A stretch of 64,000 nucleotides of DNA. Origin: Octopus bimaculoides (lineage: Eukaryota). A program made the translations under genes and the position numbers. The notes under the pieces were generated by a model. That model did no database searches. It had not been told where the DNA came from and saw only the letters and a program-made list of their open reading frames with translations. Below are positions 12,343-23,339 of the stretch, in pieces; within the stretch, counting starts at the first letter, position 1; every line of letters begins with the position of its first letter. Where the stretch lies: contig NC_069001.1 of the NCBI RefSeq assembly GCF_001194135.2, positions 33,005,979 through 33,069,978 on the forward strand, given 5' to 3'.

Positions 12343-12563
12343 CTGTAAACTTTCACTAGTATACTTCTCAAGCTTCCTTTATCCCAGCATGGGAGGAAGC
12401 GAGGAGGAGGATTAAAACCTTAGAATCGTCTCCGAATTTAAAAACGTACACTTATGCAAAAAAAAAAAATTTTTTTTAATCGAAAACAAAGAAACAAAGA
12501 ATTTGGTGGAGTAGAGGGAATCAGATATTGGAACTCTGGAAAGTTTATTTATTTATTTTAATG

Positions 12564-13369
12564 NNNNNNNNNNNNNNNNNNNNNNNNNNNNNNNNNNNNN
12601 NNNNNNNNNNNNNNNNNNNNNNNNNNNNNNNNNNNNNNNNNNNNNNNNNNNNNNNNNNNNNNNNNNNNNNNNNNNNNNNNNNNNNNNNNNNNNNNNNNNN
12701 NNNNNNNNNNNNNNNNNNNNNNNNNNNNNNNNNNNNNNNNNNNNNNNNNNNNNNNNNNNNNNNNNNNNNNNNNNNNNNNNNNNNNNNNNNNNNNNNNNNN
12801 NNNNNNNNNNNNNNNNNNNNNNNNNNNNNNNNNNNNNNNNNNNNNNNNNNNNNNNNNNNNNNNNNNNNNNNNNNNNNNNNNNNNNNNNNNNNNNNNNNNN
12901 NNNNNNNNNNNNNNNNNNNNNNNNNNNNNNNNNNNNNNNNNNNNNNNNNNNNNNNNNNNNNNNNNNNNNNNNNNNNNNNNNNNNNNNNNNNNNNNNNNNN
13001 NNNNNNNNNNNNNNNNNNNNNNNNNNNNNNNNNNNNNNNNNNNNNNNNNNNNNNNNNNNNNNNNNNNNNNNNNNNNNNNNNNNNNNNNNNNNNNNNNNNN
13101 NNNNNNNNNNNNNNNNNNNNNNNNNNNNNNNNNNNNNNNNNNNNNNNNNNNNNNNNNNNNNNNNNNNNNNNNNNNNNNNNNNNNNNNNNNNNNNNNNNNN
13201 NNNNNNNNNNNNNNNNNNNNNNNNNNNNNNNNNNNNNNNNNNNNNNNNNNNNNNNNNNNNNNNNNNNNNNNNNNNNNNNNNNNNNNNNNNNNNNNNNNNN
13301 NNNNNNNNNNNNNNNNNNNNNNNNNNNNNNNNNNNNNNNNNNNNNNNNNNNNNNNNNNNNNNNNNNNNN
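12564..13369. other. Assembly gap (N run)
   Basis: Direct reading. Confidence 1.
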
Positions 13370-13601
13370 GTGAATTTGGTAGAGTGGAGCGAAAAATGCA
13401 ATTTTCGATATTTTGTTGCGAATTAGGGTTAAAAGAAAGGTGTATAAAGAACTTTGCTGTTAAATATTTTTTCTGGTTCCGCAATGCAATTGAAAATTTT
13501 AAAAATCGCTATGTTTGGTCGAATTTTTGATTTCGTGGATTATAAATCATAACAAATACATAGTTCTATATAGCAGAATGCCAAACAGTAAATATAGTAT
13601 C

Positions 13602-14822
13602 CTTAAGAGGTTGCATACCAAGTTTCAATACAATTGACTAATATCTTGAGGTTCAGCATTGACAAAAAAGAGAACGGGAGAGTGAACTTCTCTCCTGTGT
13701 CGTTGTGTGTGGACCTACGTCGTACGTGTGTGAAGTTTTCTGCTTTGTACCTTGATTTTATAGGCCGTTGTATTAAAATTAACGATCGTGTTAAATTTAG
13801 TGATGACTCGCGAGCGAGTTTTGCCAACTTACAAGGACGTATGTATTTTATTTGAACGAGAAAAAGAAAAGAATGTAGTTAAGAAAGATCCTTCAATTAA
13901 ACAAATTGTCAAGATTGTAGCAGAAAAGATAACTCTGCTTTGGGAAGAAAGGCACCCGTCCCTTGTGTTACGATTGAATCAGTCAGACCGAAAATCTTAG
14001 ACTTTTATCTCAAGTACCAAGCATTACCAAAATCTGTGAAAAATAGAAAAATGTGCCATCGTTTCAAACTAAGTGTAATGTGTTGAAAACAATGCAACAA
14101 AAGATTTATTTGACATTTCCTGTTGCAAGTGCAACTCGTTTAAAAACTGCAGTTGTAGTAGAGACAAAAAAGCACCACAGAGAGAGCAAATTTTTTTACA
14201 GGATCAACGGACAAATCGGAAAATGATCATTGGCGAAATAGATCAAGCAATATCTAAGCAGAACGTTCAGAGGTTGATTAGAAAGAATCGGCCAGAGCAT
14301 AGTCGCCCTTCTATGTCAGTAAAGGAAAGTTTAAGATTTTCGGTTTAACTGACTCAATCGTAACATAAGAGATGGATGCCTTTTGCCAAAGAAGAATTAT
14401 CTTTCCTGCTACAATCTTGACAATTTGTTTAATTTATTTGAATGTGTGTGTAATCTAGACCTCGGTGACCTAGGTTTAGAAATAATAAAGAAAAGTCTAT
14501 TTCACATAATTTTGAAATTTCAAGTGTGTTACGTAGTCTGAAGGTATATATTTTAGAGGTTGGGATTTTAACACTCTTGTTTTTAAAAAAACATTCTTGA
14601 AAACATATTTCGAAAATCTGCGTAAAAGGTACCTTTTTTCGCTCCATTCTGATGAGCAACCCAAAGAGACTAGCGAGCCGCATGAGACATGACTCATCAT
14701 CAGGAAGGCTGCACAAGTAAAAGAAGAAGAAAAAAAAAGGTAATTTTTTTGTTGGCGTGCCATTTAGGAAGACCTGCGGGCCGGAATTGACTCGTGACTG
14801 GATTGCACACTACAACCTTAAG
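13602..14822 (+). mobile_element. Degraded, internally deleted DNA transposon (hAT-like, tentative) with a Cys-rich N-terminal motif
   Basis: Frameshifted reading LPTYKDV...VAEKITLLWE...FYLKYQAL...KDLFDISCCKCNSFKNCSCSRDKKAPQREQIFLQDQRTNRKMIIGEID; imperfect inverted ends cttaagaggttg / caaccttaag. Confidence 0.6.
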
Positions 14823-15470
14823 TGAACATTTTATTTTACTTTATAGATTTTAATGAATTAATAAATTAAAAAAATTACAAATAAATCATTGTCTTTTAGA
14901 GAAAATATTTTACACATAAATCATTCGGAATTTGACGAAAAGTCATATATTCTGCTTTATTTTAATGTCGTTTTTATTGATTTCATTTTTTACGTTGTTC
15001 ATTTGTAATTGTTGTTGACGGGAATCTGGAAATTGTTTAGGCTGCGTGTTGTTCCCATATAAAACCAAATTAGCAGAAAAATTCCTGTAGTAAATTCATA
15101 ACACTGCATAAGCATTTGAACAGGATTTATTGTGTTGCATTAGCATGAAAAGATGTTAATGCATTATATTTTATGGAAACAGTGAGGAGCAAATATAATC
15201 TGACATGCAAGGAAAATGTCTGTTCGAAGTTTGACGTTTGTGCTGGTTATGACATAACTACGATCGTGGCCCAGATAGATGCATTTAATTTATGGGCGTT
15301 TGTTGGGGTCTAATGTCACTCAAACGCTCCGAAAGCCCCCAGAATGCAAGAGTACTAATAGTTCAACTAATGACTTTTCAGATGATGTAAAGCTTCCCAC
15401 CATTATATACGAAGAAGATATAACTATTTTTGTTTTGTATGTGTGCATGTTAGTCTCATTTTCATAAAAT

Positions 15471-16815
15471 GTGCTCAGCAGTTCATGCTATGTAAGTGCA
15501 AATCCCAGCGCTTTATATACAGATGCCGTGTCATGTCTTCTTAGAAAAACGAAGGTGAGCGAGAAACTAATCACAAAGGAAGGAAACATTTTGAAGCTGA
15601 CACCGCCGGAAGAGCTATCGGCCAACGTGACAAAAAGAACAGTTATTTTCAAAACCATGATGGCAGCCACGAGAAAGGTAGAAATAGCACCAATAGAGGC
15701 CATAGAAGAATGTGTTAAGCAATTAAAAAGATTCACTACTTATATTACGAGAGGAAGAAGATACGCCACTGTGGAGGTGCGCTTCACAACGATGGAGGAA
15801 ACAATAAAGCACTCTACAGAAGCAATAAGGACAGACGAATGGGTGCTGTTGCCTTCGCACTGCGGCAAACGTGTGGCCAAGGTGTGAGTGGGTAAGGTGC
15901 CACCCGAATTAAATGAAGAATGGCTGATGACAGCCATAATATATAATATGAAAGAAGGGAATATACTGAAGGCTACAAGGACCGAGAAGGTAGATTAGTG
16001 GGGATATGGGATCGAACTAACGATTCAGGCAACAACAGAGGATTTGAACAGTGTGGTGGAGGAGATTGTGCTACCAGAAGATGTGAGACTGAGAGTTACT
16101 GTGGAGGGTAGGCCGCCAGTGTGTTTCACATGTGGAGAAAGGGGCCACATGAAGGGATGGTGCGCCCAAAGAAAGCCACAAACAGAACAGGAGGAGAGAC
16201 AGGAGAGTGTGGACCAGGTAGTACAGAACAGGGCAACAGAAACAGGAAGCGGAGAAGGGATTCACAATGGTTAAGAAGAAAAGGAGGAGGAGCGGAGGAA
16301 TGAGTTCTCCGCCTGAGAAGCAGAAAAAGAAGAGAGACGAGGTGAGAAAGGAAGCTATGAAGGAGGGCAGTAGGAAGGAGAAAGAAAGTAAAAAGAAGGT
16401 GGAGTTACCAGTGGGGAAGGAGTCGGAAACCCAATTGTATGAAGGTGAGATGGAGAAACTATTTATGGAGGAAGAAAAGAGAACCAAAAGTCCAAGAGAG
16501 AGGAAAGAAGATACGATGAAGAAAAGGAACCCTAACCCTAATCCCTTCAAAAGAAATCGCGCTCTCTGTATCTCTTTCGCTTTTACGACGTCGTTTCCCT
16601 CTTTCCCTCCAACACTTTTTACGGAAAAGGCCGATCTTTGGTAAAGATCGCCGAAGACTGGTGCTGCATGGGAGTGGGGCCCATGCATCCATTTTCATTT
16701 TTTCATAACTTTCATTTCATTTACATTCGTTTTATGTTTTGTGTCCCCACTGTGGTCTTGTTTGTCCTTGTGGTGTACCCATCTATGTTTAGAGCTTTAT
16801 GCCTAATAAAGAAAT
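15471..16815 (+). mobile_element. L1/Tx1-type ORF1 (gag-like, CCHC knuckle) pseudo-ORF joined to a 3' UTR
   Basis: One frame from 15471 to about 16270, broken only by TGA (15885) and TAG (15996), carrying VEGRPPVCFTCGERGHMKGWC (CX2CX4HX4C). Followed by a frameshifted K/E/R-rich tail, a T-rich UTR and aataaagaaat. Confidence 0.8.
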
Positions 16816-17176
16816 CGGAGACATAACACGTGTTCTTTTCAGGATATTGACGACAAAATGACAATTTCCAAATCCTGTTTCTTGACTGAGTGAAAATGAT
16901 CAAACTTTAAACCTCTATAACTTTTTAAAAACATTTTTCTGGAAACAATGAAGAACCTCCAGCAATTCAGTTTGGGTAATTGTATTATTGTGCCAAATTT
17001 GAAAATTTTCAGTAAACTTTAATTTTTGAAATACTGGCAGCCAAACCGTGATTTGAAACCTGTATGTAGCAAAACATAAGTTCGAATCCAATGCTACACA
17101 TTCACTTCATTCAATTACAAATTGCTTTTATTCATGTGTCCATGTGTCTGATTCGTGTTATCGAGCATTTGGAGTT

Positions 17177-17641
17177 NNNNNNNNNNNNNNNNNNNNNNNN
17201 NNNNNNNNNNNNNNNNNNNNNNNNNNNNNNNNNNNNNNNNNNNNNNNNNNNNNNNNNNNNNNNNNNNNNNNNNNNNNNNNNNNNNNNNNNNNNNNNNNNN
17301 NNNNNNNNNNNNNNNNNNNNNNNNNNNNNNNNNNNNNNNNNNNNNNNNNNNNNNNNNNNNNNNNNNNNNNNNNNNNNNNNNNNNNNNNNNNNNNNNNNNN
17401 NNNNNNNNNNNNNNNNNNNNNNNNNNNNNNNNNNNNNNNNNNNNNNNNNNNNNNNNNNNNNNNNNNNNNNNNNNNNNNNNNNNNNNNNNNNNNNNNNNNN
17501 NNNNNNNNNNNNNNNNNNNNNNNNNNNNNNNNNNNNNNNNNNNNNNNNNNNNNNNNNNNNNNNNNNNNNNNNNNNNNNNNNNNNNNNNNNNNNNNNNNNN
17601 NNNNNNNNNNNNNNNNNNNNNNNNNNNNNNNNNNNNNNNNN
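17177..17641. other. Assembly gap (N run) next to (TA)n
   Basis: Direct reading. Confidence 1.
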
Positions 17642-17674
<33 letters not shown>

Positions 17675-18371
17675 TATATAATCTACCTGAAAAACAAATA
17701 TATTTGATATATTCTGGTACGGTTTGGAATGATAACAGATGAAGCACCATTTACTTCAGATGTCTCGTTTTCTTAAGTTTTGTTTTTGTATTTATTACTT
17801 GTTTTATTGTTAAACATGCACCAGTTACTCGCACTGTTGATAATACAGTAAAACGAACTGTTCAAGGCAGCGAGCACATGCTACAGGATATATAACTTGA
17901 AAGAATAATCATTTAAGTTGTTGCCGTAATCTATTTTATTTGCTCTGTATCTAAAATGGTAACAATGTAAAAATAATACATTCGCAAATAAATGACTGAG
18001 AAGAAACATTTAAAAAAAAAAAGACCGATGGTAGTTAGTGGTTTGTTGGAGTTGGTTGGTAATGGATGATAAGCGGAGAAAAATACGTAGATTGGCCTTT
18101 TGATGACATTTCATCAGTGAAAGTACTTTACCTGCGACCGCTCGCATTTCCTTCTCCCGCCTTCGTACTTTGCGATCCGAAACAAACACTTCTTTCAATA
18201 ATATGTGACGCTTCGTTTAATTTTCTTCTCTTTTTGTTTCTTTCTTTACATGCGCTAAAAATAAGCAGATTTCAATGCAAATAGAACCAATACTTTTATC
18301 TGCAGAGCGCTTTGCAATTCTTCAAAATTCTTATATAATATAATGCGTTTATCTTTCTCTGGATAGTTGCG

Positions 18372-18662
18372 AAGGCACGTGGCTTAGTGGTAAGGTCTTG
18401 AGTTCAATTCCCGGTAGTGCATTGTGTCGTTGAGCGAGACATTCTGTTTCACGTTGCTCCAGCCCATTCGGTTGGCTAAAATGTAATTCAAAGGGCCAGC
18501 CTTGTTACATTATGTGTCACGCTGAATTTCCCTGAGAACTATGTTAAGGGCACGCGTGTCTGTGGAGCGCTCAGCCACTAGCACGTTGATTTCGCGAGCA
18601 GGCTGTTCCGTTTTACTGGATCAACTGGAACTCTCGTTGTCGTAACCGACGGAGTGGCAGTT
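18372..18662 (+). mobile_element. tRNA-derived SINE (family C), near full length
   Basis: ggcacgtggcttagtgg...gagttcaattcccgg head, then ttgtgtcgttgagcgagaca...cacgttgctcc core; the same core recurs at about 31100-31170 and 56120-56170. Confidence 0.8.
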
Positions 18663-19844
18663 CTCTGGTTAGTTAGTTATTTGGAGGGGGTGAAGTAGAG
18701 CCATTTGCCGTCTTAAGGCTTGGGCACACCGGGCAGTTTCCTGGTGGCCTCAAGCATCTAGGGCTCCAATTCTAACAGTGAATAAACACTATAGGGTTCT
18801 GAATTGATTTGGCCAGGGACATATGATGCGGCTCTAAATAGGATCCTTGTTCGTCGGAATACGATGTTATTACCGCCTTTGTAAATATGGCCGAGGAATA
18901 TTTTAAACCTTTATATAAAAGCTTTTAATCATGATGGCACATGCACGCATCTTTATACTTTACTGTTGCAAATATTGATGTGAGAACCTAAATGCACGAA
19001 GATAAGTCACTGATAACTTTATAGTACCTGCGATTTCTTTCTTTCTTTTTCTTTCTCTTTCTTTCCTTCTCTCTTTTCTTTTAGTTTGTTTCTTTCTCTC
19101 ATTTCTTTCTTATTCTTTCTTTTTTTTCTCCTTATTTATTTAACTGAATAAATTCAGCATCACATACATGCCCACATCTGTTTGTCTCATTCACGTTTTC
19201 CCAAACTAGAAACTCAAATTCTTCAGTTTTGGGCGAGTTATTCCATTTAATTCCTTTCCTCTATTTCTGCATCTCTCTTCAAATCTTTTTGTCTCTCCCC
19301 CCCCTCTCTCTAACACACACACATCTCTTCTAGCTGTTATATTTTACAAGGTAGAATCTGATGCATCCTTCGTTCCTTGCACCTTTCGAGGAAAGAAGAT
19401 ACTACTGTTTTTGCATTTCTTTATACCCCCACTTCCACGTTACCCCGCGAAAGTCTCTCTCTCCTACTTTCTCTTTTTACGTAATGTCTTTGTGTTTGTG
19501 TGCGCTAGCCTCGTTGATTATGCAATCTATTCACGGTCCTCCTTTTTATGAGCTGGAGATTTAGACTAGAGAAACGCGATCACTTGTAAATGACAAGCTA
19601 AACACCAATTCTATAACATTTCCCTATTTTACTTATGCTCGTCTGTGGTGGAGACGTCTACTAAGATATATAATTTTCGTTTGCTCGTTTCATGCTCGTC
19701 TTTCGTGCAGGCATAGTCCGGATTGATATTTATTGGAGTCGACCCTTTCCTGTTTTCATATGTAAGGGATATTTTTTTTTTCACTCAATTTCAAAGTGCT
19801 GATCTGTTGAAAATACTAAATAGACTGACCGATAGTCCTATATG

Positions 19845-20072
19845 GATTATTGGTTTCAAATTTTAACACAAGGCCAACAGTTTTGGGGAAGGGCATTAGT
19901 TGATTACATTGACCCCCAGTGCTCAACTGGTACTTATTTTATTGACCCCAAAAGGATGAAAAGCAAAGTTGACCTTGGCAGAATTTGAACTCTGAATTTG
20001 AACGTAAAAACAGATGAAATGCTTCTAAGCATTTTGCCTGGCATTGTAACATTTTCCACCAGCTCACTGCCT
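19845..20072 (-). mobile_element. tRNA-derived SINE (family B)
   Basis: Homologous to 5738-5953 and 51391-51598. Confidence 0.88.
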
Positions 20073-20221
20073 ATTCCTATGTATAATATTGAAAAAAAGC
20101 AAAACAAGAGGAACCATTTAAATTTGTTGATACTATCAAAAGTGAAATTGTTGAAAAAATTTGACAGTAGAGTAAGTGTGAATAATCTGAGAACTTTGGT
20201 ATTGAAACAACCACTATGTAT

Positions 20222-20377
20222 AGTTCTATATTTAAGAGATGAGGAATTATTTACATTATTTACATTTGACGGAAATTTCCCCAAGACACCTGACGAAGGC
20301 TGGAGGGTATATCAGCCGAAACGTTGTGTTAACAACAAACAAGATGAGGACAAATATCCGTCAAATGTAAATAATGT
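20222..20377. mobile_element. Penelope-like pLTR fragment with internal inversion and 14-bp target duplication
   Basis: Direct repeat CAACCACTATGTAT at 20208-20221 and 20378-20391; removing the insert restores the transposase reading TTTMYVLKK. Perfect 21-bp inverted repeat at 20253-20273 / 20357-20377. Confidence 0.75.
20285..20330 (+). ncRNA. Minimal type I hammerhead ribozyme motif
   Basis: Stem I GACAC/GTGTT; core CTGACGA+A; stem II GGCTG/CAGCC; GAAAC-GTT cleavage triplet; palindromic AACGTT stem III. Confidence 0.65.
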
Positions 20378-21159
20378 CAACCACTATGTATGTCCTGAAG
20401 AAATAGAATAAACTGCTGAAGGTCTACTCTGAAAGTAATGAACAAAAGTTAATGGGAAAAAGGAAAAACGTTGCACAGAGCAAAAAAATCAAGATCTTGA
20501 TCATGTGTTGATGGAATGAATTTGTCAATGTTTGGAGTGAACATATACTACGTAATGGAGTGATAGTCAAGAAACAAGCAAACCCAGCTAATGAACTGAA
20601 TATAACTGTGAATATTCATAAGTTTAGTTAGAAAAATTTCAACAGCATAGCATGAAAATATTTAAAGGTTTGTGGTGATAAGATATCTGTTGATTATAAA
20701 GCAGTCCAGAAATTTATGGAGGAGTTTGCAAAGATAACCACTGATAAAAATTTAACAGCAGAACAAGTGTATAATACTGATGAAACATCTGTGATATAGT
20801 GTTGTTGTTCCAACATTCATTACATCTGATGAGAGACCAATTTGAAGAGTTAAGGATACCAAGATCAGATTAACCGTGGATGTGCTAATACAACAGGCAT
20901 CCATGAATGTAAACTTGTAGTAGGTAAAGGTTTGCATTCTTATTGTTTTAAAGGTATGAGTACATTGTCTGTGCACTATTAAAAGGTATGGGTCATCAGA
21001 GAAATTTTTCTTTGTTTTAGTTTTCTGCACTCTGATCTCAAATCCTGCTAAAGTCAACTTTGATTTCTATCCTTTTGGGATTAATAAAATAGTGCCAGTT
21101 AAGAATGGTGGGTTAACAAAACTGTTAGAAGATTGAGTGAGATGCCTTTTTAGTATTGC

Positions 21160-21780
21160 TTCCAGCTCTTTGTGTCCTGACATAATACCTGCAATGACAT
21201 CACAAGTTACTAGACTCAAGTACCCCTGGATTGGAGGAAATGAGCTCAACCATCTTCCAGCTGTCACCAACATCTTTCCTGCTTTTCATTATTGAGCACC
21301 CTGGGAATAAACTTTGCACAAGTTCATGAATAATTCTGAGAACACTTGCCATTCCAACTCCAAACTGTATGCTAATTGTCTTTACAGACACATGATTGTC
21401 TTCATCCAGAAAATTGTGGACTTTCTTAACCAGCTCTGATGTTCTAACATCCCTCTCCCTCCCATACCTTGCATCAACTCCCACCTCCTCTCTACTATCC
21501 TTATCCTCTTGTGCCAGTGACAAAAAGATGCTTGGTTCATACAAGTTAATACATAAGCAATCTGGAGTATTTCATAATTTTCTGTTGCATTCTGTCCAGT
21601 TTAACACAAAACTTAACTGCATAGCAAATTTCCAAATTGTCATCATGTCCTGACTACATTCAGCAAACCAGTCACCTGTGACAAGTAGTATTTAGTAGGA
21701 TGTGTTCAAAGTACCTTTACAGCTGTCTCCTTTAATCTGGAATAAAAATTGCTGGCAGATCAACTTATTAGATGTATAGT
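21160..21780 (-). mobile_element. mariner transposase 5' half remnant
   Basis: Minus strand: REEVGVDARYGRERDVRTSELVKKVHNFLDEDNHVSVKTISIQFGVG...MVELISSNPGVLE, then a frameshifted LVTCD motif. Confidence 0.85.
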
Positions 21781-22544
21781 AATGATATACTAAGATTTAC
21801 AATAATCTAGGACAGTTACATCTGTCTTTCCTAAAAAACATCTCAAAACTTCTGGAATACACCATATATATTAAATATGTATTATGCTGGGTGGATAACT
21901 TATGTATATGAATGTTTCTTCCTGTACCATTATCTCGATTCAAAAGAGTACTTCCTATATTTCTTGGCAGCGTTCTTTAAATGTATGTATTGTTACTTTG
22001 GAAGCAAATTTGCAGATATGGAAAGCTTATTTTGTTTGATTGTTTTAGTATTGTTCTTCATGTAAATATCAGGTAAGCATCTTCATTATTTTGCATCTTT
22101 TTTTCTCATTCTTTTTCTTGCAACTATGCTGGGTGTATATTACATTCTTACTTACATATATTGGTCAGTATTTTATACATACACAAAGAAGTTTATGAGA
22201 TTTAATAACTTCACTTCAAAGGCTTTGCAATCATTGATCCTGAGATCATTACAAATCCAGCTGTTGTATGAATTTACTTCAGTGTCTGTTTATAAGTCTG
22301 TCTAACGTCTTCTAATTCAATTTTGTGAGCATAAAAATAAGCCCTTCACAATGAACATTAAATAATCAGCACCAGTATTCAAAGACGTTTCAGTATTTGC
22401 TGAAACTATTCTTGCCATTATGTTATGTAAAGTGCTCCGTAACTTAAGCTGAACCTACCTCTTTTAGAATACTTTTGAAAACCAGACAGATTATGGATGC
22501 GTGGCATGTATGTATGCATGTGTGTGTGTGTGTGTCTTTTCTTT

Positions 22545-22940
22545 TCTATTCTTTTATTTGTTTCAGTCGTTTGGCTGCGGCCATACTGGAGCACCACCTT
22601 TAGTTGAACAAATCAACTCCAGGACTTATTCTTTGTAAGCCTAGTACTTATTCTGTCAATCTTTTTTGCCGAACTGCTATGTTATGGGGACATAAACACC
22701 CCAACATCGGTTGTGAAGTGATGGTGGGGGGACAAACAGACACACAAACAAACACATACGCATACACACACACACATACACATATATATGACGGGCTTCT
22801 CAGTTTCCATCTCCCAAATCCACTCACAAGGCTTTGGTCAGCCCGAGGCTATAGTAGAAGACACTTGCCCAAGGTGCCACGTAGTGGTGCTGAACCTGGA
22901 ACCATGTGGTTGGTAAGCAAGCTACTTACCACACAGCCAC
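22545..22940 (-). mobile_element. Full-length SINE family A (head+core+tail)
   Basis: tttcagtc...ggccatactggagcacc...ctttgtaagcctagtactta...cactcacaaggctttggt...accacacagcc. Confidence 0.9.
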
Positions 22941-23339
22941 TTCAGTCATTTGACTGTAGCCATGCTGGAGCATTGCTTTAAAGGGTTTTTTAGTCAAAGA
23001 AATCGACCCCAGGATTTATTCTTTGTGAGCCTAGTACTTATTCTGTCAGTCTCTTTTACTGAGCCACTTAGTTATGGGGACATAAACACACCAAGCATCA
23101 GTTGTCAAATGATGGCTGGGCGACAAACGGATACACACACACATAAATATATATGTACATATATATATATATATTCATATATATGATGGACTTTCCATCT
23201 ACCAAATCCACTCACAAGGCTTTGGTTGGCCCAAAGCTATAGTAGAAGACACTTACCCAAGGTACCATACAGTAGGACTGAACCCAGAACCATGTGGTTG
23301 GGAAGCAAGCTTCTTACCATACAGCCATGCCTGCACCTA
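22941..23339 (-). mobile_element. Second full-length SINE family A, directly tandem to the first
   Basis: Same module order repeated immediately after 22940. Confidence 0.9.

Larger units (their letters stand above)
20105..21010 (+). mobile_element. pogo/Tigger transposase pseudogene (interrupted by the Penelope-like insertion)
   Basis: KRNHLNLL...KVKLLKKFD...FGIETTTMYVLKK; LHRAKNQDLDHVLME; VCGDKISVDYKAVQKFMEEFAK...LTAEQVYNTDETS (first catalytic D); later CAN.TG.H..KL.V.GK-like segment. Confidence 0.88.

Noticed and set aside
12528-13484. Long ORFs of X residues (also 17091-17750)
   Set aside because: Artefacts of N-gaps.
16267-16644. 125-aa K/E/R-rich ORF as an independent gene
   Set aside because: It is the frameshifted tail of the retroelement ORF1 running into its UTR.
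18372-18420. tRNA-like A/B boxes (also heads of other SINEs)
   Set aside because: No complete cloverleaf; each continues into SINE core sequence, so not tRNA genes.
22545-23339. Regularly recurring short motifs suggesting a CRISPR-like array
   Set aside because: Eukaryotic SINE tandem with diverged long units; no constant repeat-spacer periodicity anywhere in the window.
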